NCBI GenBank assembly: GCA_017938155.1
Contig: JAGBCD010000004.1
Location: 662-64,661, forward strand
DNA length: 64,000 bases
Direction of reading: 5' to 3'
DNA from: Paludibacteraceae bacterium
Lineage (GTDB): Bacteria; Bacteroidota; Bacteroidia; Bacteroidales; Paludibacteraceae
How positions within the stretch are numbered: position 1 is the stretch's first letter; each line of letters opens with the position of its first letter. The notes below the pieces were generated by a model, which worked only from the letters and a program-made list of their open reading frames with translations, did not search any database and had not been told where the DNA came from. This document shows, piece by piece, positions 30,668 through 40,319 of the stretch. The translations under genes and the position numbers were made by a program.

Positions 30668-31882
30668 ATGAAAAAAGTATTACTTTCAATTGCTCTCTGT
30701 GCCTTCACTCTCACTATATTGGCACAGAACGACACCCAAACAGCAAGCGACTCCACCGAAGGATTTCGCTTCACCACCATTGATAGTGTTGGTATCACAC
30801 CTGTCAAAGACCAAAACCGTAGCGGCACATGTTGGAGTTACTCCGCCATTGGTTTTTTGGAGAGCGAACTCCTACGTATGGGCAAAGGCACGTATGACCT
30901 CAGCGAGATGTTTGTAGTTCACCACACGATGGTAGATAGAGCACAATACGTAGTCCGCATGTATGGCAATGCGCAATTTGCTCCTGGTGGTTCAACTTAT
31001 GATGTTATTTACTGCCTCAAGAACTATGGTCTCGTTCCACAATCGGTTATGCCTGGTATCAAATATGGTAGTACTCCTGCTGATACACTACCCGTTCACA
31101 CCGAATTGGATGCAGTTGCAGGAGGTATAGTAGATGCCCTCACCAACAATAGCAAAATCAAAAAACTCACACCTGTATGGAAACAAGCTATCAGCGCAGT
31201 ATATGACACATACCTTGGTGAATGCCCCGAAATATTCACATACAATGGTAAGGAATACACTCCTCTGTCCTTTGCACAGATGTTAGGACTCAATGCTGAC
31301 GACTACGTAAGCATTACCAGTTACACTCATCACCCATTCTACAAGCAATTTGCATTGGAAGTACCTGATAATTGGCGTATGGACCAAATGTACAACGTAC
31401 CTATGGAAGAAATGATGGCGATCATTGACCATGCTATTGCCAAAGGATATACCTTAGGATGGGCTGCAGATGTCAGCGAGATAGGTTTTACACGCAAAGG
31501 TATTGGAGTCGTTCCTGACGCAGACAAAGGAGCAGACCTTACAGGAAGTGATGCCGCACGTTGGTTGGGACTTAGCGAAACCGACAAACGTGATGAATTG
31601 ACAAAAAAACCACTGCCTGAAAAAAACATCACACAAGCCATGAGGCAAGAAGCATACGACAATTGGGAGACTACAGATGATCATGGTATGCAAATATTTG
31701 GTACAGCAAAAGATCAAAATGGCAAACGATACTATATGATCAAAAATTCTTGGGGTACACAAAAAAGCAACTACAAAGGTATATGGTACGTTTCGGAAGC
31801 ATTTATGCAATACAAGACCAACAACGTACTCGTGCACAAGAATGCAATACCTAAAGAAATAAGAAAGAAATTAGGAATCTAA
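30668..31882 (+). CDS. pepC: aminopeptidase C / bleomycin-hydrolase-like C1 cysteine peptidase
   Basis: Catalytic QNRSGTCWSYSA; HGMQIFG and NSWG motifs. Signal peptide from the internal ATG at 30668. Confidence 0.85.
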   Translation: MKKVLLSIALCAFTLTILAQNDTQTASDSTEGFRFTTIDSVGITPVKDQNRSGTCWSYSAIGFLESELLRMGKGTYDLSEMFVVHHTMVDRAQYVVRMYGNAQFAPGGSTYDVIYCLKNYGLVPQSVMPGIKYGSTPADTLPVHTELDAVAGGIVDALTNNSKIKKLTPVWKQAISAVYDTYLGECPEIFTYNGKEYTPLSFAQMLGLNADDYVSITSYTHHPFYKQFALEVPDNWRMDQMYNVPMEEMMAIIDHAIAKGYTLGWAADVSEIGFTRKGIGVVPDADKGADLTGSDAARWLGLSETDKRDELTKKPLPEKNITQAMRQEAYDNWETTDDHGMQIFGTAKDQNGKRYYMIKNSWGTQKSNYKGIWYVSEAFMQYKTNNVLVHKNAIPKEIRKKLGI

Positions 31883-31884
31883 TC

Positions 31885-31919
31885 AACGAACAAGCGAGGC
31901 TAAGCCTCGCTTGTTCGTT
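31885..31919. terminator. 15-bp perfect hairpin between convergent genes
   Basis: aacgaacaagcgagg-cttag-cctcgcttgttcgtt. The flanks are only moderately T-rich. Confidence 0.5.
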
Positions 31920-31974
31920 ATATAAAGTGCTCTATTAGCAACCGTTTCTATCTACTCCAATGGTTCCAATTATT

Positions 31975-32559
31975 TTAGAACCTAAATGTCAATAAGAATC
32001 TTGGTTTGGCCACATTACCTCCATATTCAAAGTAACGGCGTGAGAATTCACACTCAAACGTGATACCCAATGCCAAATACTCTGCACATCTTAAATCTAT
32101 ACCCACTTGTGGAGCTGCAAACACCTGTCCCTCTAATTCACGATTGTTTTGTTCTGCGACTGTCTCTCCAATGCGTACATCTTGTATAAAGTTCCAACCA
32201 GCCTTGATACCTACATAAGGTGACCAGTTGTGCTTGTCAGCCATGTTCTTGTTCCACCCAAACGCGCGCCATTGGTACAACAAATAGATTGGAAAATTAG
32301 TACGACCTGTGCGTTTATCTGATTCAGTTGTCTCTCGATTCATACGATTGAAGGCAAAACCTAAATACATAGCATGTCCTGTACGGAAATGCGCACCAAA
32401 GTTAACTTCAATGTTGGCCTCAGGTCTCCATATATCATCCAAACACGAAGCACCTGCACCCACACCTACCAACAAAGAGGGTTCCACTTTCTCCAGCTTC
32501 TCTGCCATCAATGCCAATGGAGAAATAATAAGCAGTAGTAAAAATAAATGTTTTTTCAT
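31975..32559 (-). CDS. small outer-membrane beta-barrel protein (hypothetical)
   Basis: Signal peptide MKKHLFLLLLIISPLALMA; alternating strands; terminal LLTFRF. Confidence 0.5.
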   Translation of the reverse strand: MKKHLFLLLLIISPLALMAEKLEKVEPSLLVGVGAGASCLDDIWRPEANIEVNFGAHFRTGHAMYLGFAFNRMNRETTESDKRTGRTNFPIYLLYQWRAFGWNKNMADKHNWSPYVGIKAGWNFIQDVRIGETVAEQNNRELEGQVFAAPQVGIDLRCAEYLALGITFECEFSRRYFEYGGNVAKPRFLLTFRF

Positions 32560-32581
32560 TAATGTAAAATTATATTGTCAA

Positions 32582-33652
32582 TTAATTTTCTTTGAAAGCT
32601 TGCCAACCTTGTGCTTGAAGTGACAATTCCTCGCCGTTACGCCCTATCAACATTGTTCCATACTCTGGTTTGGTAATATGTCCTACCAAATACAAATCAT
32701 CAATAGGGATAAGTTTTTCATAATCGTCCAAGCTGCAGGTAAACAACAACTCATAATCTTCTCCTCCATTCAAGGCACATGTCACAATGCTCATGTTCAT
32801 CTCCTCAGCCAAGACTGCCGATTGATAATCTATTGGCAACTTGTCTTCGTAGATAGCACAACCCACACCTGATTGCTTGCATATATGCATCAACTCACTG
32901 CTCAACCCATCAGAGATATCCATCATGGCAGTAGGTTTGATTCCGGCTTGTTTTAATTGTTGGATGATATCCACACGTGCTTGTGGCTTCAATTGTCTTT
33001 CCAGCAAATACTCCTTGCCCTCAAAAGCAGGAGTAGCCTTTGCATTGGCTTGCATCACAATCCGTTCACGCTCCAACAACTGCAGACCCAAATAAGCTGC
33101 TCCTAAGTTTCCTGTGACACAGATCAGGTCGTTCACCTTTGCCCCATTACGATAAACCACCTCATCCTTACCTGCAACACCCATACAAGTGATACTAATC
33201 GTCAAGCCTGTCAAAGAGGACGTTGTGTCCCCACCGACGATATCCACATGATAATGTTCGCAAGCTAATCTGATGCCATCATATAATGCTTGCACATCCT
33301 CCACAGAAAAACGCTTGGATATACCCAACGAAACGATGATCTGCGTAGGCGTACCATTCATTGCGTAGATATCTGAAAAATTGACGACAGCAGCCTTGTA
33401 TCCCAAGTGCTTCAATGGGACATACTCCAAATTAAAATGAATACCCTCGAGCAACAAATCAGAAGTTACTAACGTCTGCATTTCTTGACCATGTTTGGTA
33501 AAATCTAAAACTGCAGCATCATCCCCTACACCTTTGATGGAAGAAGGTTGTTGCAATTTGATGTCTTGTGTCAAACGTTTGATCAATCCAAACTCACCAA
33601 GTTCGGCTATAGGAGTTTTGGAAGCAGATAAAGATGTATCGTTTGTGGACAT
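32582..33652 (-). CDS. thiL: thiamine-monophosphate kinase
   Basis: LGEFGLIKRL and GVGDDAAVL motifs; AIR-synthase-like fold. The start was set at the ATG at 33652, downstream of the promoter box; the track ORF extends upstream through the promoter. Confidence 0.85.
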   Translation of the reverse strand: MSTNDTSLSASKTPIAELGEFGLIKRLTQDIKLQQPSSIKGVGDDAAVLDFTKHGQEMQTLVTSDLLLEGIHFNLEYVPLKHLGYKAAVVNFSDIYAMNGTPTQIIVSLGISKRFSVEDVQALYDGIRLACEHYHVDIVGGDTTSSLTGLTISITCMGVAGKDEVVYRNGAKVNDLICVTGNLGAAYLGLQLLERERIVMQANAKATPAFEGKEYLLERQLKPQARVDIIQQLKQAGIKPTAMMDISDGLSSELMHICKQSGVGCAIYEDKLPIDYQSAVLAEEMNMSIVTCALNGGEDYELLFTCSLDDYEKLIPIDDLYLVGHITKPEYGTMLIGRNGEELSLQAQGWQAFKEN

Positions 33653-33681
33653 ATTATGACAAATTAAATCAAATTTGAGTG

Positions 33682-33689
33682 CAAAGTTA
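33682..33689 (-). promoter_or_regulatory. -7 box TAACTTTG for thiL
   Basis: The reverse complement of caaagtta matches TAnnTTTG, 30 nt upstream of the ATG at 33652. Confidence 0.5.
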
Positions 33690-33854
33690 TAAAAAAAAAA
33701 GCAAACTCCAAACATGTTTTGTTTTTTTAACATTTCAATATTTTTTACTACCACTATTTCTCTCCTCTTAATTACCCTATTCTCACAAAAAACAATCAAA
33801 ACTTTTGACCTTTTTCCTCTTGAAGGGGGGGTTGTATATTTGACATAAAAGTTA

Positions 33855-33862
33855 TATCTTTG
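33855..33862 (+). promoter_or_regulatory. -7 box TATCTTTG for dnaE
   Basis: Matches TAnnTTTG, 40 nt upstream of the ATG at 33902. Confidence 0.55.
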
Positions 33863-33901
33863 CACTCCATTTTGTATAACATCAAACACCCATACCTTAC
33901 A

Positions 33902-36900
33902 ATGTCTTTCATACACTTACATGTCCATTCCGAATACTCCCTTTTGGACGGTATGTCCAAGATTAACCAGTTAGTTGATAAATGTATCAAACATCAGATG
34001 CCAGCTATGGCACTTACGGACCATGGCAATATGTATGGCATCAAAATCTTTCTTGACTACTGTAAAAAAGTCAACGGAGACAACAAAAAAAAGTGGGACG
34101 AAGCACAGCAAGAGTTACCAGAAGACCAACGCAAAGCATTCGTTCCTTTCAAGCCTATTGTGGGAGTGGAAGCCTATTGTGCCCGCCGTCATCGTAACCT
34201 CAGAGACAAAGATGTCAAAGACACTAGTGGAGAAGGAAGAACCTATACTGTGGATATGTCAGGATGGCACCTTATCTTATTGGCAAAGAACGAGCAAGGC
34301 TATCGCAACTTATGCAAAATGGTGAGCGAAAGTTTCATGGACGAGTGTTTCTACCGCACAGCACGTATAGACAAAGAACTACTCACCCAATACCATGAAG
34401 GTATTATTTGTTCCTCAGCCTGCTTAGGTGGCGAATTATCCCAAAAGATATTAGCCAACCGTATTAACGAAGCTGAAGAGGCTATCCTATGGTTCAAAAA
34501 CCTCTTCGGCGAAGACTACTACATTGAGATTCAACGCCACCAAACAGACAAACCCCATGCAGACCAACATACCTACCAAGTGCAAAAACGTGTCAACCCT
34601 ATTCTAATTGAGTTGGCGCACAAACATAATGTCAAAGTCATTGCGACCAACGACGTTCACTTCGTTGACGAAGAGCACTCCGAAGCACATGATAGGCTCA
34701 TATGTTTGAGCACCGACCAATATGTGGACAACGAAGACCGCATGCACTATACTAAGCAAGAATGGTTAAAAAGTCCTCAAGAGATGCAAGCCCTCTTTGC
34801 GGACATACCTGAGGCTATCACCAATACATTACAGATTGCAGACAAGATAGAAGTGTATGACATTGATTCGGGACCACTCATGCCTAAATTCCCTATACCG
34901 GAATCGTTCGGTACAGAAGAAACGTATCGTCAACGCATCACTGAGCAAGACCTATTCAACGAGTTTACTCAAGACGAAAACGGTAATACCATTCTATCCG
35001 AAGAAAACGCTCTAAAGAAAATCAAACAATTAGGTGGTTACGACAAACTCTACCGCATCAAGTTAGAAGCCGATTATCTTGCTTACCTCACATGGGAGGG
35101 TGCTAAAAAACGTTATCCTGAATTGGCCAAGCAGTTGGAACAAATAGGTGAAAATGGTTTGTACCAAATAGGATGGGACATGCAGGGTTTGGCACCTAAT
35201 GAATGTGAATTGGTCGAACGCATTAAGTTTGAGTTACACACCATGAAAACAATGGGTTTTCCTGGTTACTTCCTCATAGTCATGGACTTCATTCGTGCAG
35301 CACGCGAAGAATTGGATGTGAGTGTAGGCCCTGGACGTGGTAGTGCTGCGGGTAGTGTAGTAGCATACTGTCTGCGAATTACCGACCTTGACCCTTTGGA
35401 GTATGACCTGCTATTTGAACGTTTCCTCAACCCTGACCGTATTTCTCTCCCCGATATTGATACCGACTTTGACGATGCTGGACGGGGCAAGGTATTGGAC
35501 TGGGTAACGGAGAAATATGGACATACACAAGTGGCACATATCATTACTTACGGTGTTATGGCATCCAAATCAGCCATTGCGGACGTAGGACGAGTACAAC
35601 GCGTTCCGCTGCCAGAAGTGAACCATATCAAGAGTCTCATCCCAAGTAGAGGATTCCCTGATAATATCAAAGACGAAAAAGGCAAATCGCCTAAAGTCAA
35701 TCTAAAGAACTGCTATACCTATGTTGACGAGTTGAAAGACATGCTCAAGCATGGCAATGAGAATATACAATCCATGCTACACTATGCACAACAATTGGAG
35801 GACACAGTCAGACAAGTGGGCATACATGCTTGTGGTGTAATCATCGGAGCAGATGACTTAACCAATTTCGTGCCACTAAGCACCATTGAAGATCGCAAAA
35901 CAAACAAACGTATTTTGGTGACCGAATATGATGGACATGTGGTAGAATCGGTCGGACTCATCAAGATGGACTTCTTGGGTCTCAAGACACTCACCATCAT
36001 CAAAGAGACTCTGGCAAACATCAAAAAATCTGTGGGTATTGACGTAGATGTGGACCATCTCCCGAAGGACGATGCCGATACATATAAACTTTTTCAAGAG
36101 GGTAAAACCATCGCCGTCTTCCAATTTGAATCGCCAGGTATGCAAAAATACCTCAAAGAACTCAAACCGACCGTGATGGGCGACTTGATTGCGATGAATG
36201 CCTTGTATCGACCTGGTCCTATGGCATACATTCCTCAGTTTATCCGTCGTAAACAAGGACTCGAACCAGTCACCTACGACATACCCGTCATGGAAAAATA
36301 CCTCAAAGACACCTATGGCATCACCGTTTATCAAGAGCAAGTCATGCTTCTCTCACGTCTATTAGCCAACTTCACGCGAGGAGAGAGTGACAAGTTACGT
36401 AAGGCGATGGGTAAGAAGCAGATCAAGGTACTTGAGGAACTCAAGGGCAAGTTTATGGATGGGGGCAAACAAAATGGTCATGATGCCACCATATTAGAAA
36501 AGATTTGGAAAGACTGGGAAGCATTCGCATCCTATGCTTTCAACAAATCACACGCAGCATGCTATTCATGGGTAGCCTATCAAACAGCTTATCTCAAGGC
36601 ACACTATCCTGCTGCATTCCTTGCTGCCAACCTAACGGTATCAAAAGACGATATCACTACCGTTACCAAACTCATGCAAGAGTGCCGATCGATGCATATC
36701 AACGTATTGGAACCTGATGTAAACGAATCGGAATTGAACTTCACCGTAAACCATGCAGGAGATATTCGCTTTGGTTTGGGAGGCATATTAGGTGTGGGCG
36801 AAGGAGCCGTAGAGGCTATCATACAAGAACGCGAGAAAAATGGTAAATACACAGATATCTACGATTTCATTGAACGTGTCAACTTACAAGCATGCAACCG

Positions 36901-37921
36901 CAAAACCATTGAGGCATTAGCTATGTCTGGAGCTTTTGATAGTTTTAGTAACTTCTATCGCGAGCAATTGGTCAACTCTGGTGAAGATGGCAGCAAGGGG
37001 TTGGATATCTTGATGCAATATGGTTCTCGTTACCAACAAGACAAATTACAGCGTGGACAAACCATCTTTGACATGTTTGGTGATGCTGACCTACACATTC
37101 AAAAACCAGCCTTACCACTTCCTGAGCGAAGTTCAATTATTGAACGCTTGAACATAGAAAAGGATCTCATTGGTATCTACCTATCCGAACACCCATTGGA
37201 TGAATATGCTTTTGAGATACAAAAACTCTGCAACATTGATTCCGAATTGCTCAACCTCTTTGCAGGTTGGAGCAAACCGGAGGCTCGAGCCGCTGCAGAA
37301 GAACCATCAGACGAAGAGGAGCAACAAAGTGGAACTAAAAAGATAACGCCACAAGAGTTCATCAAACGTTACACCAATATTCCTCTACGTTTTGGAGGCA
37401 TTATCACGTCTTCTGAGGAATTAGTGTCCAAGAGCAACAACCCTTATGGTCGCTATACTATTGAAGATTATAGTGGGCATTATACTTTCGTTGTCTTTGG
37501 CAATGCCTATCGTCAGTTTGCACCACTGCTCAAAAAAGACCTATACATTCAAGTGTCTGGTAGCATTCAACAGCGAGGTCACGACTTCCGTGGTTTTGTT
37601 GCTAAACCTGCCAACGAGGCTGTATATGAACTCAACATCAAGAATGTTGAGATGCTCAAAGACGTGCAGGACAAACAAATGACTTCGTTGAACATATTAT
37701 TGCCTTTGTATTCTATTACATCGGAGTTCATGGCAGAACTCAACGAGATTTGTAATGAAAACCCTGGCAATCATCAACTCAAGATCAAACTTATCAACCC
37801 TTTGCACAGCAATAGTGTACAAATGTTCAGTCGCAAATACCATATTCATATTGGACGTCATTTCTACAATTGGCTGCAAGAAAAACAAGAAAACAACATC
37901 TTGTTCTACCGCATAGAATAA
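33902..37921 (+). CDS. dnaE: DNA polymerase III alpha subunit
   Basis: PHP domain start MSFIHLHVHSEYSLLDG; polymerase core GPGRGSAAGS and LPDIDTDF; OB-fold C-terminus. Confidence 0.96.
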   Translation: MSFIHLHVHSEYSLLDGMSKINQLVDKCIKHQMPAMALTDHGNMYGIKIFLDYCKKVNGDNKKKWDEAQQELPEDQRKAFVPFKPIVGVEAYCARRHRNLRDKDVKDTSGEGRTYTVDMSGWHLILLAKNEQGYRNLCKMVSESFMDECFYRTARIDKELLTQYHEGIICSSACLGGELSQKILANRINEAEEAILWFKNLFGEDYYIEIQRHQTDKPHADQHTYQVQKRVNPILIELAHKHNVKVIATNDVHFVDEEHSEAHDRLICLSTDQYVDNEDRMHYTKQEWLKSPQEMQALFADIPEAITNTLQIADKIEVYDIDSGPLMPKFPIPESFGTEETYRQRITEQDLFNEFTQDENGNTILSEENALKKIKQLGGYDKLYRIKLEADYLAYLTWEGAKKRYPELAKQLEQIGENGLYQIGWDMQGLAPNECELVERIKFELHTMKTMGFPGYFLIVMDFIRAAREELDVSVGPGRGSAAGSVVAYCLRITDLDPLEYDLLFERFLNPDRISLPDIDTDFDDAGRGKVLDWVTEKYGHTQVAHIITYGVMASKSAIADVGRVQRVPLPEVNHIKSLIPSRGFPDNIKDEKGKSPKVNLKNCYTYVDELKDMLKHGNENIQSMLHYAQQLEDTVRQVGIHACGVIIGADDLTNFVPLSTIEDRKTNKRILVTEYDGHVVESVGLIKMDFLGLKTLTIIKETLANIKKSVGIDVDVDHLPKDDADTYKLFQEGKTIAVFQFESPGMQKYLKELKPTVMGDLIAMNALYRPGPMAYIPQFIRRKQGLEPVTYDIPVMEKYLKDTYGITVYQEQVMLLSRLLANFTRGESDKLRKAMGKKQIKVLEELKGKFMDGGKQNGHDATILEKIWKDWEAFASYAFNKSHAACYSWVAYQTAYLKAHYPAAFLAANLTVSKDDITTVTKLMQECRSMHINVLEPDVNESELNFTVNHAGDIRFGLGGILGVGEGAVEAIIQEREKNGKYTDIYDFIERVNLQACNRKTIEALAMSGAFDSFSNFYREQLVNSGEDGSKGLDILMQYGSRYQQDKLQRGQTIFDMFGDADLHIQKPALPLPERSSIIERLNIEKDLIGIYLSEHPLDEYAFEIQKLCNIDSELLNLFAGWSKPEARAAAEEPSDEEEQQSGTKKITPQEFIKRYTNIPLRFGGIITSSEELVSKSNNPYGRYTIEDYSGHYTFVVFGNAYRQFAPLLKKDLYIQVSGSIQQRGHDFRGFVAKPANEAVYELNIKNVEMLKDVQDKQMTSLNILLPLYSITSEFMAELNEICNENPGNHQLKIKLINPLHSNSVQMFSRKYHIHIGRHFYNWLQEKQENNILFYRIE

Positions 37922-39051
37922 TGAAACACATCCTACCTACGTTAGTCATCCTTCTTCTACTCTGCTGTGCTTGTCACCCCACATCCAATGATACGATAAG
38001 CCCTGCAGCGAACCAAAATGCTTATGCACAAGGGTTTGTAATAGAAGACTGCGAAAGTTATATTCGCATGGATTTGTATAGTCCGTGGAACCTCTCACAA
38101 CGCATGGGACGTTATTACCTATTGCGATCTGGAAAGGCCTTGCCAGACTCTTTGATTGGAGAACTACAGACTGCCAATACCTGGTGTATTCCTATCCCCA
38201 TAACGCGTTTGGTAACAACATCCTGCACGCAAGTAGGTTTTTTAGCAGCATTAGAGCAAACGCATACTATTGTAGGGGCATGTAATGCAGAAATGGTTTT
38301 CACCCCTCTTCCCGATTCGTGCATTTCGTTAGGCGAGGCTCTCAACCCCTCCTATGAACGCATCATACGAAGTCAGCCCGATGCCATTATGCTTTCCACC
38401 TATGCTGAAGGTGATCCTGTACAACAACAGTTGTTAAAATTCAGCCAAACCATCGTCTATAATAACGAGTGGATGGAGTCTCACCCATTGGGACGTGCCG
38501 AATGGATACGAGTAGTAGGAGCGTTGTACGACTTACTTCCCACTGCAGATTCTATTTTCGCTCAGGCCAAAGAGGCATACGAGTTACGCAAAGCGCAAGT
38601 GACGCAATACTTGACTACCCACCCACAACGAAGCATCATGTCGGGACAAGATTTTAGGGGAACGTGGTATGTACCCAGCGGCAATACTTACATGGGTACT
38701 TTCTTTGCAGACGCAGGAGCTCATTACTACTATGCGGATGATAATCGTGGCAAAAGCATTCCTCTAAGCACCGAACAGGTCATTCGGGAGTTTGGTCAGG
38801 CAGATGTTTGGGTAGGATGCAATGCCGATAGCAGAGAAGCATTGCAGCTTCTGGACAATAAACATCAGTGGTTCAATGCATGGAAAAACGATGAGGTGTA
38901 CAACTTTAATCGTCAACGTACCACACAAGGTGGCAACAATTTTTGGGAGCAAGGAGTGGTATATCCACATAAGATATTGGAAGACCTAATTGAAATTCTT
39001 TATCCTGAAGTGTTGGAACATGAACTATGCTATGGCTGTAAATTAAAATAA
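37921..39051 (+). CDS. periplasmic binding protein, class 8 ABC substrate-binding (BtuF/iron-siderophore-like) lipoprotein
   Basis: Lipobox LLCCAC. The ATG overlaps the dnaE TAA (TAATG). Fold pattern RLVTTSCTQVGFL...PDAIMLS. Confidence 0.65.
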   Translation: MKHILPTLVILLLLCCACHPTSNDTISPAANQNAYAQGFVIEDCESYIRMDLYSPWNLSQRMGRYYLLRSGKALPDSLIGELQTANTWCIPIPITRLVTTSCTQVGFLAALEQTHTIVGACNAEMVFTPLPDSCISLGEALNPSYERIIRSQPDAIMLSTYAEGDPVQQQLLKFSQTIVYNNEWMESHPLGRAEWIRVVGALYDLLPTADSIFAQAKEAYELRKAQVTQYLTTHPQRSIMSGQDFRGTWYVPSGNTYMGTFFADAGAHYYYADDNRGKSIPLSTEQVIREFGQADVWVGCNADSREALQLLDNKHQWFNAWKNDEVYNFNRQRTTQGGNNFWEQGVVYPHKILEDLIEILYPEVLEHELCYGCKLK

Positions 39052-39193
39052 ATATACATTTTTTCATAATATATTACTTTATTTTAATATTTCTTGTGTT
39101 TCTAAAATAATATTTATACATTTGCAATTCATATTTAAGTGTCATTTTGGCTTATTAAATATATTACGTATTAACAAATAAACATCTATTTTT

Positions 39194-39682
39194 ATGAAAA
39201 AGATCTTACTTCTTGCAATTGTAGCAATGTCAAGTATTGCTTTTGCTGCAGCTCAACCACGTGCTATTGGTGTTAACTTAGGTTATGGTATTGACCTATC
39301 TTACCAACACGCTATTGGTGATGCAAATATGATTGACTTGTCAGTTAACGTTCCTATGTTTGATGGTATTGGTGCTTCTGCTACTTTTGATTGGATTAAC
39401 CCATTTGGTACAGCTATTCCTTGGAACAATCAAGGTGAATGGAATTGGAGTCTTGGTGCAGGTCTTGGTGCAGGTATCTATGGTTTCAAATATCCAACCA
39501 TCTATGCTGGTGTTGTAGGTCATGTTGGCGTTGAGTACAATTTCTGGTTCCCATTGCAACTCTCATTAGATTACCGTCCAAACATTGGTATTTACTACGC
39601 TACCGCAACTGATAATAAACCTCTTGGTTTCAATACTCAAGGTTTTTACGGTATCACCCTTGGTGTTCGTTACTTGTTCTAA
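39194..39682 (+). CDS. small outer-membrane beta-barrel protein (hypothetical)
   Basis: Signal peptide ending AFAAAQ; Gly/aromatic-rich strands; terminal GVRYLF. Confidence 0.55.
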   Translation: MKKILLLAIVAMSSIAFAAAQPRAIGVNLGYGIDLSYQHAIGDANMIDLSVNVPMFDGIGASATFDWINPFGTAIPWNNQGEWNWSLGAGLGAGIYGFKYPTIYAGVVGHVGVEYNFWFPLQLSLDYRPNIGIYYATATDNKPLGFNTQGFYGITLGVRYLF

Positions 39683-39706
39683 TCAACAATACTTAACATA
39701 AATAAG

Positions 39707-39734
39707 GTCCCTTCAATTGTGAAGGGACTTTTTT
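39707..39734 (+). terminator. intrinsic terminator
   Basis: gtcccttc-aattgt-gaagggac hairpin followed by T6. Confidence 0.8.
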
Positions 39735-39757
39735 GTATAATAGTTTTACCGATTCAC

Positions 39758-39837
39758 GGTTTCAAGGTTTGAGAGTTTCATTGCCTTACGGCTGTTTCAC
39801 GCACTTCGTGTTTGTTTCACCGTATCGCTTTTTCAAG
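39758..39837 (+). repeat. repeat locus R1, module A (tandem hairpin+TGTTTCA units)
   Basis: ggtttcaaggtttgagagtttcatt-GCC-ttac-GGC-tgtttca-c-GCAC-ttc-GTGT-ttgtttca...; the same unit type recurs at five other loci. Confidence 0.85.
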
Positions 39838-39922
39838 ATTTCATAACTCACAACTCCACCCCCATCACTCATAACTTTCCCTCCATCACTCATAACTCCT
39901 CCCACATCACTCATACCCCAAA
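39838..39922 (+). repeat. repeat locus R1, module B (G-free ~21-nt tandem repeats, CATCACTCATAACTyyCCCNC)
   Basis: 85 consecutive nt without a single G on the + strand; about 3.5 tandem units. Confidence 0.9.
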
Positions 39923-40319
39923 GCAAGCCAAGACTATGTCTGTTTGCTATGGGGAAAAGCGGAGGTACGAGTTGCCCCAACGATGACAAAGTCATCGGTC
40001 AATGCAATCTCGTTACCGAACGCGACAAACCAAGATTTATCTGTTTGCTATGGGGAAAAGCGGAGGTACATGTCGCCCAATGATGCAAGGCATCAGTCTT
40101 TGCGACCATGTTACCAACGCGACAAACCAAGACTTTATCTGTTTGCTATGGGGAGAAGCGGAGGTACGAGTTGCTTCCAACTTCCCCCTCTGGGTACCCA
40201 AAAGTAAACCAAGACTGCGTCTGTTTGCTTTTGGGAGAGCGGAGACATAAGTCGTCTCAACGATGACGGCGTCATCGGTCTTTACGACCTTATTGTCGAA
40301 CGCGACGTTACCGAACGCG
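39920..40319 (+). repeat. repeat locus R1, module C array (four tandem 80-115-nt units)
   Basis: The units begin with AAACCAAGAnnnnTCTGTTTGCTATGGGGArAAGCGGAGGTA. They start at about 39920, 40027, 40124 and 40206. The array ends in GTTACCGAACGCG, overlapping the dgt stop codon. Confidence 0.9.

Noticed and set aside
39838-39922. Minus-strand GGAGG-N4-ATG units with a 7-codon period might encode a repeated heptad peptide.
   Set aside because: Bacteroidota translation initiation generally does not rely on SD pairing. The frame is not conserved between loci, and the tract is better explained as a nucleic-acid-level repeat. It is kept only as a note under the G-free finding.
39920-40319. The tandem module-C units could be read as a CRISPR array.
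   Set aside because: The whole 80-115-nt unit is conserved, including the would-be spacers. The same 'spacers' recur at 49611-49918. There is no short invariant repeat alternating with unique spacers, and the window has no cas genes.
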